Source: Spirochaetia bacterium
GTDB taxonomy: Bacteria > Spirochaetota > Leptospiria > Turneriellales > JAOUOS01
DNA length: 64,000 bases
NCBI GenBank assembly: GCA_029880285.1
Contig: JAOUOS010000012.1
Location: 484 to 64,483 of the forward strand
Direction of reading: 5' to 3'
Shown here: positions 1 through 9,241 of the stretch, piece by piece
How positions within the stretch are numbered: the first letter of the stretch is position 1
Layout: each line of letters opens with the position of its first letter
Notes under the pieces: generated by a model
Seen by the model: the letters and a program-made list of their open reading frames with translations, nothing else
The model's database searches: none
What the model was told of the DNA's origin: nothing
Translations under genes and position numbers: made by a program

Positions 1-1055
1 TTGATTTTGTCATAGGTCCTGACTCTTTAAATGCTCTTCCTGATATTTTACAAGAATCTAATGAAAAAATAAAACTTGTGAAATTGTCTAAAACGGAATT
101 ATATGAAAATCACATACCCGATATTACGCATCATTTGAAAGATGAGAAAAGCCTCTCAACGGCATATGTAGCCATTCAAAGAGGATGTGATAATTTTTGT
201 TCTTTTTGTATTGTACCTTATACAAGAGGCAGAGAGCGGTCAAGAAATCCTGATTTAATTATCAAAGAAATAAATAATTTAACTGAGGGAGGTATCAAAT
301 CTGTTATTTTATTGGGACAAAACGTTAATTCATATAATTATAAAGAAATAAATTTTCATCATTTAATAGAAAATATTTTAATGAATACCAATTTAGAAAG
401 AATTTATTTTACCTCTCCGCATCCTAAAGATTTTCCTCTTGAGCTTATTGACTTAATGGCCAAAGAAAAAAGATTTATAAGCATGATACATCTGCCCCTT
501 CAATCGGGCAGTAATAAAATACTAAAACTAATGAAAAGAAATTATACTTCTGAAGATTTCTTACGACTAACTGATATTATTAGAAATAAAGTAGATGATG
601 TTTTTATAAGCACCGATGTAATAGTCGGATACCCCTCAGAAGATGAAACAGATTTCTTAGATACCCTTGATACCATGCAAAAGGCCAATTTTGATGCGGC
701 GTTTATGTTTGCTTATTCAGAGAGAATGGGCACCCACGCTTCTCAAAATCATAAAGATAATGTATCCCTTGAAGAAAAACAAAAACGCCTTGAAGAAATA
801 ATTAAACAACAGTTAGAAAGATCATCTAAAAAAAATAATTTATATATTAATAAAACAGTTGAAGTTATGATTGAAGATTTTTCTCGCAAAAACAAAAATG
901 AACTTTCAGGAAGAATGTTAAACGGAAGAAAAGTTGTTTTTTCTATGCCTGAAAAATTAAAAAATAAACCAATTGAATTAATTATTGGATCATCAGTTAA
1001 TGTTTTAATTGAAAAAACAACAAGCTCTACCCTTTTAGGCAAATCTTTTGATTGA
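1..1055 (+). CDS. miaB: tRNA methylthiotransferase MiaB, 5'-truncated by the window edge
   Basis: The frame is open from nt 3 (DFVIGPDSLNALPDIL...), so the N-terminus lies upstream. Radical-SAM motif CDNFCSFCIVPYTRGRERSR is present, followed by a C-terminal TRAM-like segment. Confidence 0.85.
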   Translation, partial: DFVIGPDSLNALPDILQESNEKIKLVKLSKTELYENHIPDITHHLKDEKSLSTAYVAIQRGCDNFCSFCIVPYTRGRERSRNPDLIIKEINNLTEGGIKSVILLGQNVNSYNYKEINFHHLIENILMNTNLERIYFTSPHPKDFPLELIDLMAKEKRFISMIHLPLQSGSNKILKLMKRNYTSEDFLRLTDIIRNKVDDVFISTDVIVGYPSEDETDFLDTLDTMQKANFDAAFMFAYSERMGTHASQNHKDNVSLEEKQKRLEEIIKQQLERSSKKNNLYINKTVEVMIEDFSRKNKNELSGRMLNGRKVVFSMPEKLKNKPIELIIGSSVNVLIEKTTSSTLLGKSFD

Positions 1056-1059
1056 AAAA

Positions 1060-1920
1060 TTATATTTCTTGAAAATTATCACGATAATCTGAACAAATAA
1101 TAGGTTGAAATTCTGTCATTTCTTTAAGCCTAGACACAATTCTACCACCGAATAAATTCATCTCGCTTATCTCTTCAGGACTTAAATTTGATGTAATAAT
1201 AGTCGGTTTATCATATTCATAACGAGCATCTATTAAATCGTATAATGTTCTTTGTTCCCATGAGGTATCGGCCTGAACACCAAAATCATCTATAACTAAT
1301 ACATCTTTATCAAGTAATTCTTTAAAAATATCATCGCCTCTTCGTTTTAAAGCGGCCTCTAAGTTAAAAGTTGATTTTATCTCGTTAAAAAAATCTCTTG
1401 TTATTTTTACATATTTTACAGAAATACCATATTGCAGTATTAATTCATTCAATATAAGACAGGCTAAAAATGTTTTACCTGTTCCCGGCGGTCCAAAAAT
1501 ATATAATCCGCGAATATTTTCACTTTGTTCAGTACTAAAACGCTCAATAAAGTGGTGAGCATTATCAAGAGCCATAATTAAATTATTTTGTGTTTCTTTA
1601 TCATTATTTTTGATTTCAAATTCACTTATTCTTCTGTATCTAAATCTTACGGGAATATTAGAAGTTTTAAAATTATCAATTGTTTTTTCTATTTTTCGCC
1701 GTACAGGAAGGCACGCACATTCTTCAAGTATTCTTTCTTTTTCGTTAAATACCATATACGGTGTTTTTTTTTCGCATTGACATTTTTTTTCAATGCATTC
1801 GCATATCTCTAAAAAAGAAAACTGTTTTTTTCTTGCTGAGGGTTTGTATAAATATCCCCTGCCTGAACAAATAGAGCAATATGATTTTTTTTCAGAATAT
1901 ATTACTTTTACATTTGACAC
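1060..1920 (-). CDS. DnaC/IstB-like AAA+ ATPase with Cys-rich N-terminal domain (possible helicase loader)
   Basis: Walker A GPPGTGKTFLA and Walker B VLVIDDFG. The N-terminal ~80 aa carry CSICSGRG, CECIEKKCQCE and ECAC. No transposase lies adjacent. Confidence 0.7.
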   Translation of the reverse strand: MSNVKVIYSEKKSYCSICSGRGYLYKPSARKKQFSFLEICECIEKKCQCEKKTPYMVFNEKERILEECACLPVRRKIEKTIDNFKTSNIPVRFRYRRISEFEIKNNDKETQNNLIMALDNAHHFIERFSTEQSENIRGLYIFGPPGTGKTFLACLILNELILQYGISVKYVKITRDFFNEIKSTFNLEAALKRRGDDIFKELLDKDVLVIDDFGVQADTSWEQRTLYDLIDARYEYDKPTIITSNLSPEEISEMNLFGGRIVSRLKEMTEFQPIICSDYRDNFQEI

Positions 1921-2072
1921 TATTGAATAGTGATTTTTTTATGAATAAGCCGTCAATTTTAATTGAATAAAACAATAAAAATAATATTGAATTTTGAAAC
2001 ACTTGTTTTGGTTTATATTCATTCAATGATATATGTTATATTTATGCACTAATTTTTCTATAATATTTTATC

Positions 2073-3131
2073 TTAAGGGTCATTTGCAACAGGCCAATTT
2101 GGCGACATTGTTTTAATCAGTTCTTCTTTTTCATTTATTTCAACAATTAAAAAATCAACTTTTAATTCGTTAAATAGATTTTTACTTTTTTCGCCCAGTA
2201 TTAAACCAGCTGTTGCTAAAGCATCAGCAAAGTCGCATGAGTCTGCTATAATTGAAACTGAAACCACTTTATGAATCACGGGAAATCCTGTTTTGGCGTT
2301 TAAAATATGGCTGTATTTTTGATTTTCCATTTTAAAATAATTTCTATAAGTGCCACTGGTTGCTAATGATTTATCTGACAGTTCTAAAACTTGAAAAACA
2401 TCGTTTATTTTTGCGTCGTCTTTTGGTAAATTTATGCCTATTTTCCAGGGTTTTTGTGAATTTGATACACCTTTTGTTTTAATCTCTCCTCCTATTTCTA
2501 CTAAATAATTAAACCATCCGGCGTTTTCTATTAATTCAGCGATTTTATCGACTGCGTATCCTTTGGCAATTGAAGATAAATCTACTTCAATGTTCTTATT
2601 TTCTTTTCGTATATAATATTTATTATTTTTTTTTGTTAATTTTATTTTGTCATACCCCATATTTTCTTTCGCTTCTGATATTTCAATTTTAGAAGGTATT
2701 GAAATTATTTTTTTTTCTTTGCCGCCAAAACCCCATAAATTAATCAGCGGATTTATAGTTACATCGTATACACCGTTAGAAATTTTTGATACATATATTG
2801 ATTTATCAATTACCACATATAATTCTTTTGAAATTTCTACATCTTCAGTTGTTAAATTTTTATTTAACAATGATAGTTCAGAATTTAAATCATATGTTGA
2901 AAATATTTTATTTATTTTTTTTAATTTATTTTCTATTTCTGCAATTAAACTTTTTTTATCTTTACCTGATTTTTTTTGTGGAACATTGTGCCATTTTACG
3001 TGATAATAGGTTCCCATTGTTTGGCCCTTAAACTCACCTTCTATTGAGTTAAAAAAAGAACAAGAAAAATTAAATAGAAAAAAAAGTATAAAATATATAT
3101 TTCTACCGTAACAATACATTTTTGTATTCAA
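2073..3131 (-). CDS. apbE: ApbE-family FAD:protein FMN transferase, probable lipoprotein
   Basis: Motifs TINPLINLWGFG, SIAKGYAVD, ATSGTYRNYF and HILNAKTG. The N-terminus is hydrophobic with a Cys (FNFSCS). Confidence 0.8.
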   Translation of the reverse strand: MNTKMYCYGRNIYFILFFLFNFSCSFFNSIEGEFKGQTMGTYYHVKWHNVPQKKSGKDKKSLIAEIENKLKKINKIFSTYDLNSELSLLNKNLTTEDVEISKELYVVIDKSIYVSKISNGVYDVTINPLINLWGFGGKEKKIISIPSKIEISEAKENMGYDKIKLTKKNNKYYIRKENKNIEVDLSSIAKGYAVDKIAELIENAGWFNYLVEIGGEIKTKGVSNSQKPWKIGINLPKDDAKINDVFQVLELSDKSLATSGTYRNYFKMENQKYSHILNAKTGFPVIHKVVSVSIIADSCDFADALATAGLILGEKSKNLFNELKVDFLIVEINEKEELIKTMSPNWPVANDP

Positions 3132-3225
3132 TTCAATTTAATTTGATGTGATATCTTTTTTCTATAAGCCTAGGCTTATGGCTTAAATTATTTTACTTAA
3201 TAATTTATGAAAATGTATACTTTCT

Positions 3226-5067
3226 TTAATTATATTTCTCTGCCCGTTTAATCCACTTTTCTACATCTTTTTCATTTAAATCAAGAGGAAGACCTGGATG
3301 TATAATCTTTGCCGGACATTTTTCTGCGGCTTTAACAATATCTCGGTAAGGACCGCCTTTCATATCTTTTATTATAACTTGTTTATTTTCATTATAAACA
3401 AAAATATTTTTATTTATAATAATACATTCATCACAAGCAGTACATAATTCCGTTTCAATCCAAGGTTCTTCACCGCCGCCAGATGTATCTGCCGATTCTT
3501 GCGCTGCTGCAACCGCCGGCGCTGAAGATGCAGAAGGTACAGAGGTAGCCGAAACTGACACAGACGCTGTAGGCATATTACTTATTCCAGTAAGTTTCAT
3601 GGCAAGATTTCTCATTGCCAAAGTTACCGCTTCTTTCGTTTTATTTTCTATCTCGGCTGTCATTTTAGCTTTAATATCACTCACGGCCCTATCTTTTTCA
3701 TTTGCCAATGCTTCTTTTGTTTTTTGTTCAATTTCAGCTACAAATGGATTTTTAACTCCGGCTAATTGTTGAAATGTTCTCCAAAGATGAAATTTATCTG
3801 TTGTTAAAGCAACTATATTTTTAGGAACTAAATATTGCTGCATTTTATTCTGTCCGTTAAGCGCATAAATTACGGGTTTTTTTTGTTGTCTTTGTTCGTA
3901 ATCTAATGTTAAATATTTATATAAAGTAACATAACTTGATCCGGGATTTATATCTTTTACCTCTTCATATTCTTTTTCAAAACCAGATATTTGTTTTACA
4001 TAATCAGCAAAAGTAAAATTATAGGCTTCTGCTTTTGTTTCGCCAGATTCAGATACATACTGAAATCTAACGCTTGGCGAAGGATTTTCAATATCAGGAT
4101 TCATTTCTATATCAAGGCATTTTACAAAATCAGCATGTTTATCAGGATCATAAACAAGATGTGTAAAGGCTCTGGAACGTAACAGCAACATTGACTTTTC
4201 TTTAATTTCATCTTCACTTTTCCCTTCGGGAGAGTAAATTGAAAAGAGTGCCGGCCTTGTCGAATTAATACCAGAAGAAATGCCATTTTTTAATCCGTCT
4301 GGATGAGCCAATGAACCTTGTAACACGAAAATTTTTCTAAGTGAAACTCCCATAAAACCCAAATCAGGATTAAGCTTTAATACAGCCGCTCTGCCTGTTT
4401 CATTAGATTCTGCGTCAATAATTGTTTTTTGAAGAATTGCAGTTTTTATGGGTCTACCTGCAGATACAAGTTTTATTATATCACCTAAATCATTTTCACC
4501 GGCAGTTCCTTCTGCAGTAACAATAAATGGAGTCAAAAATGATAGTTCTTCATTATTCATCTTCTTCCAGTTAAAATCTTTAAAAAATTTATCATGTATA
4601 CTTTCATCATAGGCGGCTTTAACTTCTAAACTGCCTATTCTATACTGTTTTATAAAATCTATATTTTCTGCCGCGTGTTTATCATAACCGTTTATTATTT
4701 CTTGAACATTATTTTTTAGTTCAGAAAAAACAGGCACCGGAGGTGAATCTGAATACATTTTGGCAAATTTACTTAATGAATTATATGCCACTTTAATTCT
4801 TTTAAGTCTGTTTTCTGGTATTGATCTTTTATCATCACCCTTAGATAAAACTGAAGCCAGCAATTTTTCATCAATTGTATTTTTAGTAAAATCTCCCAGC
4901 GCTTTTTTTAATTTTTTTTCATCTTTATGCTCTTCGCGATAATAATTTTCGGTATCTATAATATTTTTAAGTTTTAAAGATGTTTCATTCAGCTTTTCGG
5001 CTATACTGGCACAATGTTCTTTCCAGCTTTCGCCAGCTGTTTTTTTTACATAATCTTTTATTGACAT
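3226..5067 (-). CDS. Unassigned 613-aa protein with C-terminal single-cluster ferredoxin-like domain, co-oriented with korAB
   Basis: The C-terminus reads CTACDEC...KCPAKIIHPG (CxxCxxC...CP), preceded by an S/A/V-rich linker. It starts 33 nt downstream of korB on the same strand. Confidence 0.6.
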   Translation of the reverse strand: MSIKDYVKKTAGESWKEHCASIAEKLNETSLKLKNIIDTENYYREEHKDEKKLKKALGDFTKNTIDEKLLASVLSKGDDKRSIPENRLKRIKVAYNSLSKFAKMYSDSPPVPVFSELKNNVQEIINGYDKHAAENIDFIKQYRIGSLEVKAAYDESIHDKFFKDFNWKKMNNEELSFLTPFIVTAEGTAGENDLGDIIKLVSAGRPIKTAILQKTIIDAESNETGRAAVLKLNPDLGFMGVSLRKIFVLQGSLAHPDGLKNGISSGINSTRPALFSIYSPEGKSEDEIKEKSMLLLRSRAFTHLVYDPDKHADFVKCLDIEMNPDIENPSPSVRFQYVSESGETKAEAYNFTFADYVKQISGFEKEYEEVKDINPGSSYVTLYKYLTLDYEQRQQKKPVIYALNGQNKMQQYLVPKNIVALTTDKFHLWRTFQQLAGVKNPFVAEIEQKTKEALANEKDRAVSDIKAKMTAEIENKTKEAVTLAMRNLAMKLTGISNMPTASVSVSATSVPSASSAPAVAAAQESADTSGGGEEPWIETELCTACDECIIINKNIFVYNENKQVIIKDMKGGPYRDIVKAAEKCPAKIIHPGLPLDLNEKDVEKWIKRAEKYN

Positions 5068-5100
5068 AATAATCTCCGGGGTTTAGATTTTAAAATTCAA

Positions 5101-6063
5101 TTATATGGTATACTTATCCAGTTCCTCATTTAACCTTGCTACTTTTTCTTCAGGTGTTATCTTATCAGCAGTAGCATGTAATTCTTCATTGTAAACAGGA
5201 ATACTAGGGTTATAATACAAAAGACCCAGCGGACTGCTAGTTTCTTCCATCATTGCTATTTTTTTGGCTGCTTCTAAATCTTTGCAGTTATGATCGATAA
5301 TAGGAGCCATTTTTTCAAATACTTTATCAACAGGAATACCATTTTCATCTCGCAAGAATGTAAAAGGAGCTTTTACTTTACCATCCTGCCCAAAAGCCTG
5401 AGGAGAAAATATGGGACACTTTTGCAGAATTCTTACAAATGCAGTTCCCTTATGATGCCAGGCCGCTCTTATGGTTTTATCAAGGTGACCAGGGGTCCAG
5501 CTTGCTGTTTGTGCCAAAAAAGAAACATTGGTAATACCGAGCATTACGCTTAAAACATTCATTTCTTTTAATACCGATCCATGAGGAGTTGTATTTGTCG
5601 AGGTCCCACAATGAGTTGTTGGCGAAACCTGATTTTTCGTTAGCGCATAAATTTCATTATCAAAAACCAATACTGTCATATCGGTATTATATCTCATGCC
5701 GTGAAGCCAATGACCGCCGCCAATACTAAAACAGTCGCCGTCACCCATAGTGACCAGTACTTTTAAATCGGGCCGGCCAAGTTTAACACCTGTTGCAATG
5801 GTCATCGCGCGTCCGTGAATTCCGTGAAAACCGTAAGTGTTTAGATAATGAGGAAAACGGCTTGAACAACCAATACCTGACACGGCTACTACCGATTCAG
5901 GAGCCACTTGCTCGTCTCTAAACATTTTTTGAACCGACGATAAAATTCCAAAATCGCCGCAGCCTTTACACCATCTAGGTACATCACCCTCATAGTCTTC
6001 TAGAGTATAATTTTTTATTTCACACTGCTCTTCAATATATTCTTCTAATTGTAATGTTTCCAT
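5101..6063 (-). CDS. korB: 2-oxoacid (2-oxoglutarate):ferredoxin oxidoreductase beta subunit (TPP-binding)
   Basis: WCKGCGDFGIL and the GDGD TPP motif (VTMGDGDCFSIGGGH). It lies 17 nt downstream of the alpha subunit. Confidence 0.85.
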   Translation of the reverse strand: METLQLEEYIEEQCEIKNYTLEDYEGDVPRWCKGCGDFGILSSVQKMFRDEQVAPESVVAVSGIGCSSRFPHYLNTYGFHGIHGRAMTIATGVKLGRPDLKVLVTMGDGDCFSIGGGHWLHGMRYNTDMTVLVFDNEIYALTKNQVSPTTHCGTSTNTTPHGSVLKEMNVLSVMLGITNVSFLAQTASWTPGHLDKTIRAAWHHKGTAFVRILQKCPIFSPQAFGQDGKVKAPFTFLRDENGIPVDKVFEKMAPIIDHNCKDLEAAKKIAMMEETSSPLGLLYYNPSIPVYNEELHATADKITPEEKVARLNEELDKYTI

Positions 6064-6080
6064 AATATGTACTCCTTTAA

Positions 6081-7940
6081 TTATTTTGATTTTTGCGCTA
6101 ACTTTTTACTCAACGCGTCGTAAATTTCCATTGGCATTAACGGTCTGCCATAAACTCTTGAAAAACAATCAACATCAACAAGAGTATGCGATCGCAACAG
6201 CATAGATAATTGGCTGTAGCGTCTTGTATCTTCGTTTACCATTGGATCATCCCAATCGTCACTGTAATTTAATTCGACAACCATTACTTTTTTATATTTT
6301 GAAAAAATTTCTTTAAGCCCGGGAGGAAAAGGCGATAAAAACTGTAGACTAACCGAACCTACTTTTTTACCTTCTTTTCTTAAATTATCAACGGCTTCGT
6401 CAATGGGACCTTTTATACTTCCCCAACTTACAACCAGCAAGTCGCCTTCTTTATCGCCGTAAACATCAGGTTTTTTCAATGATTTCTGTAAAGTCATAAG
6501 CTTGCGACTTCTCATTCTGTGAGCTTTCTGGTTCATATCGGGATCGTGATTTACCTTGCCCTCAGGAGAATGATTTAATGAAGTTGTTCTGCACATACCC
6601 CCCGGCTGGCCAGGTATAATTCTTCTTGAAAGACCGGTTTCTTCATCCCAATCATATGGCTTAGTTCCCGGAGGTATAGGACTCGTATCTATAGGCAGAG
6701 GGAACGATTCTGTGCTTAGCTTTGGTCTTGGATAAAGCTGTGTACCTGTCGCAAGGTTTGCATCTGTTAAAACAATAACAAGCATTCTAAATTCTTCGGC
6801 AATTTTTCTGGCCGTAATCATAACATGGTAGCATTCTTCAATGTCTGTAGGGGCCATAATAACTTTGGGCGCGTCTCCCGGAGTTGAAAATAAAGAGGAC
6901 AATAAATCACCCTGCTCAATTTTTGTAGGTAAACCGGTGCTAGGCCCGCCTCTTTGAACATCTACAACCACCAGTGGAGTTTCTGTCATTACAGTTAATC
7001 CTAAAAATTCTGTTTTTAGCGCCATGCCAGGACCCGATGTAATGGTAAGTGTTGGCCGCCCTGCATAATAACTGCCAAGAGCAACGCCAATGGCAGCTAT
7101 TTCATCTTCTGCCTGGTGAACAATACCGCCCATTCTACCAAAATATTCTGACAAAGCATGCGTTGCCGAAGTCGCCGGAGTAATAGGATACATTGAACAA
7201 TGTTCAAACCCAGCCGCTACCGCACCAAGAGCCACGGCTTCGTTACCGTTCATAGCAACCATAGGCACCTTAAAAGGCGTTGATTCTATAACATATTGAA
7301 AATCAATTGTTTCTTTTGCGAGTTCATAACCTAGGGTTAAAAGGGCAACGTTGTTGTCTTGTATTTCTTTTGATTTTTTCTTGAAAATCGATCGAATTTC
7401 ATCGGCTAAGATATCCATATCTCTTGTATACAAATAACCAAGCATACCAAGAGCCACCATATTCTTACCTCTTTGAGGATTATCAATTAAGGTCATGGTT
7501 TTTTCTTCAATAGGAACCTCATATATATTGGCTCCTTTTGTTTTTAAGTCATCTAAAATTTCACGGTACTGTTTTCTTATCGTCTCATCGCTATCATTCG
7601 CCCATTTATTATCTATGATAACTACAACATCATTGGCAAGCATCTTTCCCTTGATTCTTGATAAAAGATTCATTTCATTAAAAGCAACCACGACATTGGT
7701 AAGATTTCCTCCGTTTGTAACCGGTTTTGAAGATAATCTAATTCTGTTGCCGCTTGTACTGCCCATCGTATGCGGCGGAGGCTGTATTTCAGAAGGTATA
7801 ATTTCTACTGTCCATAAACTGTTACCCATTTTGGCCGATACTTTCGCGAATGATACAGCTGCTTTCTGGGCACCCTCACCCGCGTCGCACACAAATTCTA
7901 CAATGTGTTCTTCTAGTTTAATTTTCTTAGGTTCTTTCAT
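6081..7940 (-). CDS. korA: 2-oxoacid (2-oxoglutarate):ferredoxin oxidoreductase alpha subunit (fused gamma-alpha type)
   Basis: 619 aa. The N-terminal gamma-like domain (DAGEGAQKAA) is followed by the alpha core (MNGNEAVALGAVAAG, YPITPAT). This is the two-subunit KOR architecture. Confidence 0.85.
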   Translation of the reverse strand: MKEPKKIKLEEHIVEFVCDAGEGAQKAAVSFAKVSAKMGNSLWTVEIIPSEIQPPPHTMGSTSGNRIRLSSKPVTNGGNLTNVVVAFNEMNLLSRIKGKMLANDVVVIIDNKWANDSDETIRKQYREILDDLKTKGANIYEVPIEEKTMTLIDNPQRGKNMVALGMLGYLYTRDMDILADEIRSIFKKKSKEIQDNNVALLTLGYELAKETIDFQYVIESTPFKVPMVAMNGNEAVALGAVAAGFEHCSMYPITPATSATHALSEYFGRMGGIVHQAEDEIAAIGVALGSYYAGRPTLTITSGPGMALKTEFLGLTVMTETPLVVVDVQRGGPSTGLPTKIEQGDLLSSLFSTPGDAPKVIMAPTDIEECYHVMITARKIAEEFRMLVIVLTDANLATGTQLYPRPKLSTESFPLPIDTSPIPPGTKPYDWDEETGLSRRIIPGQPGGMCRTTSLNHSPEGKVNHDPDMNQKAHRMRSRKLMTLQKSLKKPDVYGDKEGDLLVVSWGSIKGPIDEAVDNLRKEGKKVGSVSLQFLSPFPPGLKEIFSKYKKVMVVELNYSDDWDDPMVNEDTRRYSQLSMLLRSHTLVDVDCFSRVYGRPLMPMEIYDALSKKLAQKSK

Positions 7941-8128
7941 AATTTTCCCCCTGTTTTTAGGTATGAGTATTATTGAACCGGCACAATATTTATTATATAC
8001 AGAGTGTCAAATCATATACGCCATTATTTTAGAATATTTAAATTTTAATGACTATATTCCCAAATTTTTTAACAAAAAATTGAAGACTCCAGTATAATTT
8101 TATATCATTCAATTGTCTTTAATAAAAT

Positions 8129-9232
8129 ATGAATATAACAGAACTTACACTTCTTGAGCAGCTGAGAATAACGGAACGTGATATTAAACGTCGTCAGGAA
8201 CTTTTAGAATTTAACGGAGATGATGCAAATAACCTGCTTCAATATAGAAAAAAAGTATCCGAAGTAATTGATAGTATTGTAAATGATTTCTATACAACTC
8301 AGGTAAATGAAGAAGAAATTACCCAGTTAATAGGCGACGCTGATACTTTGGCCCGTTTAAAAAAACATATGCGAAAATATATTTTAGATTTATTTGATGG
8401 TGATTATTTTGAAGATTATGTTCAATCAAGACTTCGTATAGGGATGGTTCATAAAAGAATTGGCGTAACCCCTAAGTTATATATTTCTGCTGTAAGAAAA
8501 TTACAAAAATTACTTTTTCAATATATTATCCTTCCTGAAAATGATCAGAAAAAAGAGAAAAACTGTAAAGATTGTATTTCAAAAACAGAATCTTTGGAAA
8601 AAATTCTTTTTTTTGATTTAAAACTGGTTTTTGACACTTACATTCACAGCTTAATGGCAGAAATTCAAAGAAGCAAAGACGAACTTGAAAAATATGCCCA
8701 GAGTCTTGAAGAGAAAATCAATGAAAGAACAAAAGAATTAAAAAATATGGCCCGCAAAGACTCTTTAACAAATCTATTAAACCAAAAAAGTTTTTATGAA
8801 GAACTAAAAAAAGAATTATCACGTAACCAGAGAAATCAAGAAAGCTTAACCTTAGCCTATATAGATCTTGATAATTTTAAAATACTAAATGACTCAAGAG
8901 GGCATTTAGCGGGCGACATTATTTTAGCCAGCATTGCTGATTGCGCCAGACATATTTTAAGACCTACTGATATAATTGCCCGCTACGGGGGGGATGAATT
9001 TTGCGTTATACTACCGCAAACTGATATAAAACAAGGTAAAGAAATTATGACCCGATTAATAGAAATATTCTCAAAAAAAAATTTGAAAACAAATGTTACC
9101 TTGAGTATTGGCCTCGCAGAAAGTAACCCTAAAAATATTTTAGATGCCAATACCCTTGTCAAAAAAGCTGATGAAGCCATGTATCTATCAAAAAAAGAAA
9201 AAGGACACTTCATTTCGGTTCTAAAATATTAA
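8129..9232 (+). CDS. Globin-coupled sensor diguanylate cyclase
   Basis: The N-terminal protoglobin-like sensor has the RLRIGMVHKRIGVTPKLYISA signature. A coiled-coil linker follows, then a GGDEF domain (RYGGDEF) with an RxxD I-site (RPTD) five residues upstream. Confidence 0.8.
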   Translation: MNITELTLLEQLRITERDIKRRQELLEFNGDDANNLLQYRKKVSEVIDSIVNDFYTTQVNEEEITQLIGDADTLARLKKHMRKYILDLFDGDYFEDYVQSRLRIGMVHKRIGVTPKLYISAVRKLQKLLFQYIILPENDQKKEKNCKDCISKTESLEKILFFDLKLVFDTYIHSLMAEIQRSKDELEKYAQSLEEKINERTKELKNMARKDSLTNLLNQKSFYEELKKELSRNQRNQESLTLAYIDLDNFKILNDSRGHLAGDIILASIADCARHILRPTDIIARYGGDEFCVILPQTDIKQGKEIMTRLIEIFSKKNLKTNVTLSIGLAESNPKNILDANTLVKKADEAMYLSKKEKGHFISVLKY

Positions 9233-9241
9233 ATTTATTCT

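Noticed and set aside
3164-3179. Perfect 16-bp palindrome ATAAGCCTAGGCTTAT between the 613-aa gene stop and the apbE start
   Set aside because: I considered it as the kor operon terminator. On the minus strand it is followed by an A-rich tract rather than a U-rich one, and the stem is short and AT-rich. It could instead be an operator, but there is not enough evidence to call either.
7495-8097. 200-aa plus-strand ORF overlapping korA
   Set aside because: It is antisense to a strongly supported korA coding region and has serine/leucine/isoleucine-rich shadow composition. The same reasoning rejects the other antisense track ORFs inside well-supported genes. These include 749-1042, 1588-1812, 2647-3003, 10116-10502, 17180-17521, 24155-24497, 34155-34547, 40135-40499, 44002-44369 and 62114-62650.
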